Made by a program: the position numbers and the translations under genes. Shown in pieces: positions 47,426 through 56,657 of a DNA stretch of 64,000 bases. This DNA is from a virus (Duplodnaviria; Heunggongvirae; Uroviricota; Caudoviricetes). Every line of letters begins with the position of its first letter. The stretch's first letter is position 1. Location: IMG/VR virus record IMGVR_UViG_3300028591_000140. One strand, written 5' to 3'. The notes under the pieces are model-generated. The model had not been told where the DNA came from, searched no databases, and was given only the letters and a program-made list of their open reading frames with translations.

Positions 47426-48369
47426 TATCGGACAACATCCTCACTATTGATGATGCCAGCCCAGTAGAGTTTCCCAAGAAGTTCTTCAATGGATTTGTAG
47501 CCGAGATTCCGAACTTGACACAGACTCCCTTCCTCAAGACGACTCAAGAGTTCCCGTATAGAGTAAATCTGCCCTCGATACAGACAATTCCGGGTTCGGA
47601 CAGTCAACTCGGAAATATAAAACTCGATAGGCTGGTCGTAAGGATCTTTTTCTTTGGCAGGATTTGTCCAGTCGATTGTTGACGCCTCGGCCAAAGTAGA
47701 TCTCTCCTTAATCAATTGCTTGTGCGCATAGGAGATCCGATCACGTTCTTCGTCGATTTTCTTGGCTCCCTCAATGCCATCCAGAATCAGACGATTTCTC
47801 GAAGGATGACGCAACTTACGAACAGCCTTATGGACAACTTGACGTACTCTGTCTGGACTGCGCCCGACAGCTTCGGAGACGGTTGCCAGCGTATTACCAT
47901 CCTTATAAATAAGAAGCAGCCAGTCCTTCTCTCGAGGTTGAAGCATGTTCAGGGCTTCTTCCAGTCCGTTCATATGATCCTCGTCCATGATAAAACCAAT
48001 AGGCTCAAGGAAAATATCATCGAGCAGGTTGTAAGGCCAAACCGCTAAATACCCCGCCGGGATTTTTCTGGGTTTCGTTTCAATACTCTTTTCATAAGAG
48101 CACCTTACTAACCCGGTGAAGTATTCGGGAAAGGCAGACCAGACATCAGAAAGATCGTCTTTAGCAACCCGGCCGCAGAGAAGATCCGTTGTCACACCGA
48201 AATAATCAGCCAAGGCCATGATTGCATCAATGGACGGTGGATAGCGTTTGGTAATGATTTTGTTCAAGGTGGAGTGGCCAATGCCGGTATCCTGTGCGAT
48301 CGCATTGATTGACTTTCCACTCTCTTGGATAAGCAGATTGAGAATATCAGGAGTCCATACTTTTTCCAT
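47338..48369 (-). CDS. Composite transcription regulator: N-terminal XRE-type HTH, sigma-70 region-4-like segment, and RNAP alpha-CTD-like helix-hairpin-helix
   Basis: SINAIAQDTGIGHSTLNKI (HTH); RSPDRVRQVVHKAVRKLRHP (sigma region-4-like); TVRTRNCLYRGQIYSIRELLS ... VRNLGYKSIEEL (alpha-CTD-like). Confidence 0.5.
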   Translation of the reverse strand: MEKVWTPDILNLLIQESGKSINAIAQDTGIGHSTLNKIITKRYPPSIDAIMALADYFGVTTDLLCGRVAKDDLSDVWSAFPEYFTGLVRCSYEKSIETKPRKIPAGYLAVWPYNLLDDIFLEPIGFIMDEDHMNGLEEALNMLQPREKDWLLLIYKDGNTLATVSEAVGRSPDRVRQVVHKAVRKLRHPSRNRLILDGIEGAKKIDEERDRISYAHKQLIKERSTLAEASTIDWTNPAKEKDPYDQPIEFYISELTVRTRNCLYRGQIYSIRELLSRLEEGSLCQVRNLGYKSIEELLGKLYWAGIINSEDVVRYCELNRFGWRSQDFIEELHKMKKEKESIA

Positions 48370-48525
48370 TGCAGATTATCCTTTCTTACAGTCTTTAATA
48401 GCCTTCGCTATTGAACAAAGGCCAATTCCTATAGCCGCAGCTATGTACGCATATGAATTTGTATTGCTTCCGATCATGCAAGCCATTGCAGTCCCGAAGA
48501 AGATGCAAAATCCTATGTACTCCAT

Positions 48526-48876
48526 TTACTCGTTCGCCTCCGAGATTTCATAGATCGGTTCATTAGGGATAGAATCCGAATGCCTACGCCAAATCACCGT
48601 ATCTACTGGCAACTCGTAAAATGGTGTTGGGATTGGAATAACCGAAACTGCATTGATCCACCAGTTAGAAAGAGGTCCGATCAAGCATCCATTAGGCGTG
48701 CATGAAGCAACACATCTGAGGTCGTCATCATAATTCTCTAAAGGAATTACGTTGTCGGCATTACAGATTAAACTCATCGTTCCTCCATCAGCGCTCACTC
48801 CGTCACGAATAACGAAGTATTCATCTCCAGAACTCAGGGTAACAATCATCCCGGTTTCTAATTCACTTAGTTTCAT
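48526..48876 (-). CDS. Hypothetical protein
   Basis: 116-aa ORF. Confidence 0.4.
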   Translation of the reverse strand: MKLSELETGMIVTLSSGDEYFVIRDGVSADGGTMSLICNADNVIPLENYDDDLRCVASCTPNGCLIGPLSNWWINAVSVIPIPTPFYELPVDTVIWRRHSDSIPNEPIYEISEANE

Positions 48877-49125
48877 GTTTTATCTCCTTTTATTAGCCTA
48901 TAAATTGACCCGCCTATGTCAATCAGACCTAAGACGGGCCAAGCTAAGGCAATAACTTCGAGGTAAACCAAGACGAGAATCACAGCAACAGTCACACGTC
49001 CAGGCATTTCGTTCATGCCCGTCTTTACAATCGCTGCAAACTCAGTCAGCTTCTCTTTGCACTCTACACTAATATAGTAGTGCATGTAGAGATCACCGAT
49101 GATCCAGAGAATAGGTACAAGCCAA

Positions 49126-49530
49126 TTAGTCATGAATTGTTTTTTCCTCCTTCTCGTAAGTTACAATCAGAATATAACTGTGATCATCTGTCACTCTATC
49201 AAGACGAACCTTGAGAACTTTGGCTGGATCATATCGAATGAATTTGATGTTTTCCAGCCATTCAATGGTATCTGTGATGCCAACTGGTAAAGCATAGAGC
49301 TGATGCATAATTGTTTCAGGACTTAGATAGCTCGTGCATGCCAACATCTCATTCAGATAGGCTTCTATTGCCTCGAGGAAGCGTTCCATATACGTCTCAT
49401 CAATACTCCACATAGGCGACCGCTCTGAAATCACAAGCTCTTTTCCGAGTAATTGACTTTCCATTTTGAATTCTCCTTTCATAAATAAAAAGAAACTCCA
49501 AGCCTTTTTCAGCTCAGAGTCTCCTCTCAT
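49126..49530 (-). CDS. Hypothetical protein
   Basis: 134-aa ORF; preceded by promoter-like motif at 49528-49553. Confidence 0.45.
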   Translation of the reverse strand: MRGDSELKKAWSFFLFMKGEFKMESQLLGKELVISERSPMWSIDETYMERFLEAIEAYLNEMLACTSYLSPETIMHQLYALPVGITDTIEWLENIKFIRYDPAKVLKVRLDRVTDDHSYILIVTYEKEEKTIHD

Positions 49531-49553
49531 TAATAGCCGTGTTTTTCTTGCGA
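49528..49553 (-). promoter_or_regulatory. Conserved promoter-like motif copy
   Basis: cattaatagccgtgtttttcttgcga. Confidence 0.5.
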
Positions 49554-49873
49554 AGATGAAAGGTTTTAAAATAGAAAAAGGACCCTCAATACTGAGAGTC
49601 CTTCATTACAGTCTTATTCAGTTTCAGCCTTCTCCGCCGAACTCGCCAGATACGTCAGTCGGGCCATAGATGTCTTCATAGTCCTGATCTTCGGCTTCGG
49701 ATGATTCGATGATGTAGCCGTCCTCATCTTTGTAAACTTCTACGTACATCCCATCTTCGTAATAGGCATCTACAAATTCTTTGCTCATCTCACTGACTCC
49801 TTTCAAGACAGATTGGAGCCAGTATAGCACATCTTTATGAAAAAAGAAAGAAGCGGAGGTGTTAATTCCGCTT

Positions 49874-50242
49874 TTAATGGTTGTGATGGTGATGCTGTTG
49901 TTGTTTCTTCTTTTTCATCATAGCCTCATAGATCTTATGATGCTTGAAGTTCTTCATGTCCTTCTTGCAGACTTCCTCCATCTTGCCAACCGCAAGCTCA
50001 AACTGAGCCGCCGCTTCTTTCCAACGTTTTTCTTCTTCAATTTCTTTCTTTTTCTTGGCTTCCAGGATCTGATCTACCATGTCAATAATCCATTCATTGC
50101 CTGGTTTCGCATTCGCCTCGACGACGGGCTGTGCGGCTACTACGATTCCACCTGCCATAGCAGCACATCCAATCATCTTAGGGTATTTGATTACCTGATT
50201 GATTAAATTCATATTAAGCATTATAGCTTCAACTCCCTTCAC
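49874..50242 (-). CDS. Small membrane protein (true start probably an internal ATG; track start is GTG)
   Basis: TM MIGCAAMAGGIVVAAQPVV; promoter-like motif 50240-50264 immediately upstream. Confidence 0.4.
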   Translation of the reverse strand: MKGVEAIMLNMNLINQVIKYPKMIGCAAMAGGIVVAAQPVVEANAKPGNEWIIDMVDQILEAKKKKEIEEEKRWKEAAAQFELAVGKMEEVCKKDMKNFKHHKIYEAMMKKKKQQQHHHHNH

Positions 50243-50264
50243 TATAAGGGATGCGTATCTTGCG
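50240..50264 (-). promoter_or_regulatory. Conserved promoter-like motif copy
   Basis: cactataagggatgcgtatcttgcg. Confidence 0.5.
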
Positions 50265-50267
50265 TTT

Positions 50268-50597
50268 TTATAAGTATTCTTCCCAAAACTCCTTTGGAAG
50301 AGGCTTCATACGTAATGCCCACATAACTTTTCGTACTTGAAATATAGGATAGTTTTCGTCCGTAGCATTGGCCGAAAAGTAGTCGGGAAACTTGGGATGC
50401 AGATAAATATCGTTCGCTAACCATGGATCAAGAGCATCCCAGTAGACATACTTAGCAGTGAATCGTTTTTGAGTAATGATTAAGCCACTTCCATTTTGAA
50501 TGAACAGCGTCCCCATCTTATAGACCGGATGATCCAAAATGATCGGTTCACCATAGATAGGAGCCGCGACTTCTGGCTTTTCATAAAAGTATTTCAT
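50268..50597 (-). CDS. Hypothetical protein
   Basis: 109-aa ORF. Confidence 0.4.
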   Translation of the reverse strand: MKYFYEKPEVAAPIYGEPIILDHPVYKMGTLFIQNGSGLIITQKRFTAKYVYWDALDPWLANDIYLHPKFPDYFSANATDENYPIFQVRKVMWALRMKPLPKEFWEEYL

Positions 50598-50779
50598 AAG
50601 AATAAAAAGAAGCGGAGGTGTTAATTCCGCTTGAGTAGCTCTCTTAGTTTCTCCACTTCTTTTATAAGTTCCTGTTTCTCCTGTTTGCTATGCCTGAGTT
50701 CATTGAGTGCAACTCCGAGTGCGATTCCACACAAAGCTTCACCAATACAAAATTGTACATTCATTTAAAACACTCCCTT

Positions 50780-50809
50780 CATTATAAGCTGTGCGAAAGT
50801 TGCGAAAAA
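50780..50809 (-). promoter_or_regulatory. Conserved promoter-like motif copy
   Basis: cattataagctgtgcgaaagttgcgaaaaa; drives a 47-aa membrane peptide ORF starting about 50765. Confidence 0.55.
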
Positions 50810-51040
50810 TAAGTGGAGGTGTTAATTCCACTTATTTCTGATAATTATTTTGCTTATGTGACATTTAATTTATTGGTGCCATCGTCTAAGATTTGGCTGA
50901 GATTTTCTCTATGCCGGCGATATATGGTGCGTAATTCAAGAATTACCATTGCACCGCCAGCACCTAAGAAAAAGCCACCGCCAAGACTTCTTAAAACTAA
51001 TTTTTTCATAATTTCTGGTGTCATCATATACAACTCCTTT

Positions 51041-51070
51041 CATTATAAGCTATGCGAAAGTTGCGAAAAA
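51041..51070 (-). promoter_or_regulatory. Conserved promoter-like motif copy
   Basis: cattataagctatgcgaaagttgcgaaaaa (near-identical to the copy at 50780). Confidence 0.55.
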
Positions 51071-51105
51071 GAAAAGCCACTGTAGTAGTGGCAATTCTTT
51101 ATGCT

Positions 51106-51474
51106 TCAGCCTTTTCTGAAAAGGTTCTTCAGGCCCATCAGGACACCTCCACGGATCAAATTCCACCCGATGTAGAATGCAAGTTTGCTGTCGGGAATGA
51201 GGTAGGAGCGTTCCTCGTACTCGGCATCATCGCAAGGCATCGTAGTAAAGCCGTCGAGATCCATCTGAATGGCTGCTCGCTTGGTGTCATCAAACTGCAC
51301 TACTCCGAGAAGGCAGCTCTTGATCGGACGAAAAGGACCATCCATGAGATTTTTCTTTTCCATAACATACCTTTCCTTTCTGAAATATATAAAGAAGGAG
51401 CCATGTTTCAGACTCCTTCCTTGCTTATAAGACGAAATGGTCGAAGGTCTCCGAATCCACGAAGATCTTGTCAT
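51106..51474 (-). CDS. Hypothetical protein (likely start at the internal MEKKNLMDG)
   Basis: ORF following promoter-like motif 51041-51070. Confidence 0.4.
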   Translation of the reverse strand: MTRSSWIRRPSTISSYKQGRSLKHGSFFIYFRKERYVMEKKNLMDGPFRPIKSCLLGVVQFDDTKRAAIQMDLDGFTTMPCDDAEYEERSYLIPDSKLAFYIGWNLIRGGVLMGLKNLFRKG

Positions 51475-51820
51475 GACCTTTCAGCTCATCTCCAAATATA
51501 CGGTCGGCCGCTTCCTTCTTGATAACGACCCATTTTCCAGTTGGATAGATTCCGTACTGAATCTCTGGCTGGTTATTGAAGACTGGCTTAACGGATCCCT
51601 CCATCACAGTAACTCCAAGAGCCATGTTGCCTTTACACGTATCGCAAGGATCATAGTCGAGTAACATGTTTCTTGGAGCTTCGATGTCTTCTCCTTTTCG
51701 CCCATCTCCGATATGGCCCAGCAAGGCAATTTCATTCTTCTCCTGTCCACACCAGAAACAGATCGGTATTGTTGGATTGACTCCATACTTCTTAGATAGC
51801 CGAATATCATTCTTGCCCAT
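51425..51820 (-). CDS. Hypothetical Cys-containing protein
   Basis: CFWCG ... CDTC. Confidence 0.4.
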   Translation of the reverse strand: MGKNDIRLSKKYGVNPTIPICFWCGQEKNEIALLGHIGDGRKGEDIEAPRNMLLDYDPCDTCKGNMALGVTVMEGSVKPVFNNQPEIQYGIYPTGKWVVIKKEAADRIFGDELKGHDKIFVDSETFDHFVL

Positions 51821-51880
51821 AGATCGTCAGCTCCTTTCAGACTAATCTCGTCTATTCAAAGAGCTGTTTTTCATGCGTGC

Positions 51881-52528
51881 TCAAAAAGCTTCGACGTTTT
51901 TAACCTGAAATTTGATTTCAACTTCTGGACTTCGGAGAGTGACGATCTCAACTGGCTTATAAAAGTCCAAGCTTCCGATCGATTTCATCATTCTGCTATG
52001 CTCGGGAATTTGGTACATCGCCCACCTAACGAGATCCATCTTATGGCTTTTAACGAATAGTCGACGCTCATCAAAACTATGATAGGATGCAAGCAGCACT
52101 CTCACAGAGAATCCGCTACTATAGATGTCGATATCATTTGCGAGTCCAACTACGTACTCTCGAAACTGATCATCCATTTTTTCAAATTGCGCCGAAAGTC
52201 TTTCACATTTCTCATGCTTTTTTCGAAGACGTTCCGCCAAGTGTCTTATGTTTTCTTCGGCTTCCTCAACAGGCTTATTGACAAATGGATCAAGAATTGT
52301 TCTGCAAATAAATCGGTCATCAAACCTTTTATTCTCATATCCAAGGGTTTTAAACCATTCTATGATTTTACTTTTTTGATCTATTGATGAGTCTTTATAA
52401 GCAGAACCTGTTAGTTTAGAAACTTGCCTAATACATCCATTCTTGACTATATAGTAAACGTTAAAATATCTGTGATCCATCCAACGGAGATCAGTATAGA
52501 TCACATCATTTTCTTTCCAAAAAGCCAT
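51881..52528 (-). CDS. Hypothetical protein
   Basis: 215-aa ORF. Confidence 0.45.
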   Translation of the reverse strand: MAFWKENDVIYTDLRWMDHRYFNVYYIVKNGCIRQVSKLTGSAYKDSSIDQKSKIIEWFKTLGYENKRFDDRFICRTILDPFVNKPVEEAEENIRHLAERLRKKHEKCERLSAQFEKMDDQFREYVVGLANDIDIYSSGFSVRVLLASYHSFDERRLFVKSHKMDLVRWAMYQIPEHSRMMKSIGSLDFYKPVEIVTLRSPEVEIKFQVKNVEAF

Positions 52529-52550
52529 CTGAAGAAGCTCCTTTCAGACT

Positions 52551-53780
52551 TTAGAGAGCTTTAATAATTTCATCAATCATATGAGCGACCTTGATGAAGT
52601 CTACCTCTTTGTACCCGCGAGTCGTCATGGCCGGCGTACCGATTCGGACACCAGAAGTTTGCATAGGAGATCTCTTTTCACCAGGCACACAATTTTTGTT
52701 CAGGGTGATACCGTGCTTATCACAGGCTTCCTGAACCATTTTGCCGGTGACATTGGGATGGGTCTCTGAGAAGTCCAGCAAAAAGAGATGGTTGTCCGTG
52801 CCGCCAGTGATGACATGATAACCCATATACATGAATTCATTTGCCATGGCCTCGGCATTACGCTTGACTTGATGAATATACTCACGATACTCAGGAGTCA
52901 GAGCTTCCTCGGCCGCAACCGCTTTGCCAGCAATGATGTTCTGAATAGGACCGCCCTGGCATCCGGGGAAGACTGCCGAGTCAACCTTTTTGGCAAGTTC
53001 CGGACGACAGAAAATCATGCCACCTCTTGGGCCACGAAGAGTCTTATGAGTCGTGGTGGTTACAATATCGGCGTAGCCAAAGGGCGTCGGATGATCTCCA
53101 GCAGCGATAAGACCCGCAATATGCGCCATATCTACCATGAAATATGGCCGATCTATACCATCAGGCCACGGCGAGAACGGAGGATTTTCATCTTCGGTCA
53201 CCATTGCAGCAGTGTCTTTGACGATGTGATAGATTTGCTCGAAGTTGATGATTCGAGAATAAGCGCTTGCCCCGGCGAGGACAAGTTTTGGCTTGTGATA
53301 ATAGATCTTCTGCTGGAGATCCTGATAGTCGATTCTTCCATTTTGATCTACGCCATAGAAGACCATGTTATAGAGTTTTCCGGAGAAGTTGACAGGGCTG
53401 CCGTGACTTAAATGCCCGCCGTTGTCCAAACTCATAGCCAGAATTGTATCGCCCGGCTTGAGGACAGACATATATGCGGCCATGTTTGCCTGGCTCCCGC
53501 TGTGAGGCTGCACGTTGACGTGATAGCTCGTGCAGAAGACTTCCTGCCACTTATCAGCACAATACTGCTCCAGCTTATCGTAGAATTCACAGCCGCCGTA
53601 GTACCGCCCCTTATTACCCGACTTATGATCAGCCGGGTAACCTTCGGTATATTTGTTCGTCAGAATGGATCCGACAGCTCTAAGAACATCATCGGAGACA
53701 AAGTTCTCACTGGCAATCAGTTCAATGGCATTTGCCTGACGGATTTTTTCACCCTCGATGAATTCGAATACTTTGGACAT
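52551..53780 (-). CDS. glyA: Serine hydroxymethyltransferase (GlyA) carrying an extra insertion
   Basis: IELIASENFVS ... PHSGSQAN ... TTTTHKTLRGPRGG SHMT blocks. About 20-aa insert (TEDENPPFSPWPDGIDRPYFM) before the conserved VDMAHIAGL segment. Confidence 0.8.
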   Translation of the reverse strand: MSKVFEFIEGEKIRQANAIELIASENFVSDDVLRAVGSILTNKYTEGYPADHKSGNKGRYYGGCEFYDKLEQYCADKWQEVFCTSYHVNVQPHSGSQANMAAYMSVLKPGDTILAMSLDNGGHLSHGSPVNFSGKLYNMVFYGVDQNGRIDYQDLQQKIYYHKPKLVLAGASAYSRIINFEQIYHIVKDTAAMVTEDENPPFSPWPDGIDRPYFMVDMAHIAGLIAAGDHPTPFGYADIVTTTTHKTLRGPRGGMIFCRPELAKKVDSAVFPGCQGGPIQNIIAGKAVAAEEALTPEYREYIHQVKRNAEAMANEFMYMGYHVITGGTDNHLFLLDFSETHPNVTGKMVQEACDKHGITLNKNCVPGEKRSPMQTSGVRIGTPAMTTRGYKEVDFIKVAHMIDEIIKAL

Positions 53781-54122
53781 TTACTTTTCTCCTTCTGTGA
53801 TTAATTCAATGTATCGCTCAAGAAGACGCCCCACACATTTTGGGCCAAGTTCGACCTGAACTGTTTTCAGGGACGCCGAATAGATCTGACCATGTTTACG
53901 GATCTCTAATCGGGTGGGTGTCCGTGCAAGGTAGTAGGTCTTGTCCATAGGGATTTCTTTGATGATCGGAAACTTCGGATCTGTTTGACCTTTAACATAA
54001 TCCTGCATGGCCGGAAACTTTGGATCAGTTTGACCTTTAACTTGATCCTGAAGCTCAAACACAGCATCAATAAACATAATGCAGCGCGTATAAAGCCCGG
54101 TGTCAGCGATTCGTGCGTTCAC
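53781..54122 (-). CDS. Hypothetical protein with internal tandem peptide repeat (VKGQTDPKFP twice)
   Basis: Encoded by an approximately 45-bp imperfect tandem DNA repeat at about 53965-54053. Confidence 0.4.
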   Translation of the reverse strand: MNARIADTGLYTRCIMFIDAVFELQDQVKGQTDPKFPAMQDYVKGQTDPKFPIIKEIPMDKTYYLARTPTRLEIRKHGQIYSASLKTVQVELGPKCVGRLLERYIELITEGEK

Positions 54123-54236
54123 TTTCTTTTCCTCTTTTCTTTATGCTTTACCCAAACCGAACAATTCTTGCATTCCATGTTGCACTCTCGTAAGAAGCAC
54201 TCACAGAAAGGCTTTTTCTTCTGTTTGGTTTTCATA

Positions 54237-54719
54237 TCACACCACCGCAGAATTGCAGTATGTCAGAACCATCTCAATGGGGACATCGGGATTACACTGA
54301 GTCAGCATGTCGTTCATCATGTTTTCTCCAAGCTTGCCAAGATCGCAGACATGGCATTTGAGGATCATGTTCTGAAACCCACCTTCATTCCAATGCTCAA
54401 AGATCTCCATGCCTTCCCAATTCGGAATGCCAAGGTTATTGTTCTGCATAGTTTCCTTAATTGCGCCGCATATAGCATCGAGTTCTTTGGCCGGATTCTT
54501 CTTCCGCTTTAAAAGAATTACAGTAGCCGTGATTCCGACTACTGCAACTCCACCGATGATAAGTTCTTTCTTATGATCTTTTGCAAACTGCCGCAGATTC
54601 ATGAGTTTTTTCTCCCTTCCATTTAGCTTCCACATACCGTGTATATAGGGCATACTTTTCGAAAAGTTTCTGAGTATCCATGCCAGCGATTTTGCCGATA
54701 ATGTTATACCATTTCTCAT
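54237..54719 (-). CDS. Single-TM protein; paralog of 54860..55189
   Basis: N-termini nearly identical: MN(L/F)(R/K)QFAKDHKKELIIGGV. Confidence 0.5.
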   Translation of the reverse strand: MRNGITLSAKSLAWILRNFSKSMPYIHGMWKLNGREKKLMNLRQFAKDHKKELIIGGVAVVGITATVILLKRKKNPAKELDAICGAIKETMQNNNLGIPNWEGMEIFEHWNEGGFQNMILKCHVCDLGKLGENMMNDMLTQCNPDVPIEMVLTYCNSAVV

Positions 54720-54859
54720 CTACTTCGATGGCGAAGCAACCCATATGAGAGCCGTCATTATACGGGGTAAACTCGGAGTCAAGAGTATGCTTCATTAGGA
54801 GTTTGATTCCGAGCCGTTCTCGAAGTCTCAGCTTTACTTCCATTTTGAATTCTCCTTTC

Positions 54860-55189
54860 TTATGCCACGATGACCTGCGGAACGTCCGGAACATGCGCAA
54901 TGATGAACTGGATGAGATCATTCGGATCAGCGTTGTTGTGTTCGACCATATACTGACCAATTTCGCCAAGATTGGCGATACGGCCGTTTCCAGTGACCAT
55001 CTGGGTGACGCCGAGATCATCCCAATTACGCAGCATCGTATTCATGATCTCCTGAAAGTTTTCTCCCGTCGGCATGACAGCGGCAAGATGCTTCTTATGA
55101 AGAATGATGCCGACCGTGACTCCGGTAACAATAACTCCACCGATGATGAGTTCCTTCTTGTGATCCTTTGCGAATTGTTTGAAATTCAT
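54860..55189 (-). CDS. Single-TM protein; paralog of 54237..54719
   Basis: See the paralog entry. Confidence 0.5.
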   Translation of the reverse strand: MNFKQFAKDHKKELIIGGVIVTGVTVGIILHKKHLAAVMPTGENFQEIMNTMLRNWDDLGVTQMVTGNGRIANLGEIGQYMVEHNNADPNDLIQFIIAHVPDVPQVIVA

Positions 55190-55208
55190 GGTTAGTTTCT
55201 CCTTTCAT

Positions 55209-55514
55209 TTATAGACAGGTCCATGCCTGTGCTTCCAGAATATTGTTTATCGTCTCTACTCCATAGCAGAAACGTGGAACCGCCTTGAAGAAATAACGAG
55301 CCTGATCCGGCAGAGTCTTGAACAGGTACCACATTAATTTGTCTGTAGAAATTTCAAGCCGGACATCATCTGACAGATGCCAATGCATAATGCCATCTCG
55401 AAGACACTCATTCTTCTTCCTGAAGTTGGCATTCTCAATGTCGTGAATACCAAGTGCCAGTCGGCCAGACTCAGTAGATTCCCAACTTGCTCGAATCTTA
55501 TCCTGATACTTCAT
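55209..55514 (-). CDS. Hypothetical protein
   Basis: 101-aa ORF. Confidence 0.4.
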   Translation of the reverse strand: MKYQDKIRASWESTESGRLALGIHDIENANFRKKNECLRDGIMHWHLSDDVRLEISTDKLMWYLFKTLPDQARYFFKAVPRFCYGVETINNILEAQAWTCL

Positions 55515-55568
55515 AAGCAGTCCTCCTAAAAAATATAGAAGCCAGTCCTTTTCGTCGGCTTCTCGCTT

Positions 55569-55595
55569 CTATTATAATGACTGCAAAACCTGCGA
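55569..55595 (-). promoter_or_regulatory. Conserved promoter-like motif copy
   Basis: ctattataatgactgcaaaacctgcga. Confidence 0.5.
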
Positions 55596-56112
55596 TTAGA
55601 AATACTGATTGAATCGTTGCAGCTCTAATTTGGTTCCCCAGACGGTATAGCGATTCGGGAGATTTTTGTCATCTCGCTTCTGTCTCGTTACTTTGAGATG
55701 ATTCGCTTCGCAATATGCTGAGACTCGCAAAGCATCTTCATCTGTAAGTTTGAGGATTACAGAATATAATGTGCAGCCCATTAGTTCTGGCCCTCATCAC
55801 AATTATCTCGGATGCTCTCTAACAACTCTATAGCATACTCATAGAGTGCTTTTTGTCTCATACCAGCAGTAGAGTGACGATACCAGGGATCTTGCACGTT
55901 CCAGTCATCCATCATTTTCTTATGACGCTCGATTTCGTTTTCAACATGTTCAAATGCTTTCATCTGAATCATTCCTTTCCAAAAATTAGAAGGATTGTAC
56001 GCTTCGAACGTACGTCTCTCAAATTACTTTGAGTGTTCTACCATTAAACTATTAGCGTGGTTATGGCGTCTCAGCCACCGCCTGGCATAACCCAGCGAAT
56101 TCCACTTTCCTT

Positions 56113-56145
56113 CATTATAGGCTATGTTAAACTTGCGAAAAAAAA
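56113..56145 (-). promoter_or_regulatory. Conserved promoter-like motif copy
   Basis: cattataggctatgttaaacttgcgaaaaaaaa. Confidence 0.5.
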
Positions 56146-56313
56146 TGAAGCTGGTGGGATTCGACTCACCCACAATGTCTTGTGCTCGACTTTACCTGAT
56201 TCATTCCTTAGATCCGTTTCCAGATCGTGGTGTCCGTCTACAATTAGTCTCCCAGAACGCGCTACACGCTCAACCGTGCCATAAGGTTTAGGTTGCTGGG
56301 TCTTCAGCTCCTC

Positions 56314-56343
56314 ACTATAAAGACTGTTTTTCTTGCGAAAAAT
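56314..56343 (-). promoter_or_regulatory. Conserved promoter-like motif copy
   Basis: cactataaagactgtttttcttgcgaaaaa. Confidence 0.5.
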
Positions 56344-56381
56344 GAAAGCCCATGCATAATACACAAGCTTCCATTTTGAAT

Positions 56382-56597
56382 TTAGACAAGATCCTTAACC
56401 AGTTTGCCAAGATCCTCTTTGGACATCTTTGCATTGACATTCAGGTGGACAAGAGCCTGCTCACCATCGAATTGAACGCTGATCGGATCGTTGAAGTTGA
56501 GATCCAAATTCACCCCAATCTTCTTCGATACGGCCTTCTTCACCACTCTGGCGAGAATACTTTGCACAAAGCCCGTTTCAATAATCATTTGGTCCAT
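56382..56597 (-). CDS. Hypothetical small protein
   Basis: 71-aa ORF between two promoter-like motif copies. Confidence 0.4.
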   Translation of the reverse strand: MDQMIIETGFVQSILARVVKKAVSKKIGVNLDLNFNDPISVQFDGEQALVHLNVNAKMSKEDLGKLVKDLV

Positions 56598-56631
56598 TTA
56601 CCTTTCTCCTTTCAAATGACTAATTTCTTGT

Positions 56632-56656
56632 CATTATAAGGAATGCGAATCTTGCG
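56632..56656 (-). promoter_or_regulatory. Conserved promoter-like motif copy
   Basis: cattataaggaatgcgaatcttgcg. Confidence 0.5.
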
Positions 56657-56657
56657 C

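Noticed and set aside
55985-56012. Palindrome GTACGCTTCGAACGTAC as a regulatory site
   Set aside because: Single occurrence; most simply a terminator or hairpin between convergent regulatory signals. Not enough evidence for a specific call.
56122-56364. 80-aa ORF, and a possible tRNA/tmRNA-like T-arm (GTGGGTGAGTCGAATCCCAC) at about 56140-56170
   Set aside because: The ORF begins inside a promoter-like motif copy and has no RBS. The T-arm-like hairpin has a 10-nt loop and no matching acceptor or D-arm. More likely a terminator hairpin followed by the T-run at 56146-56152 (minus strand).
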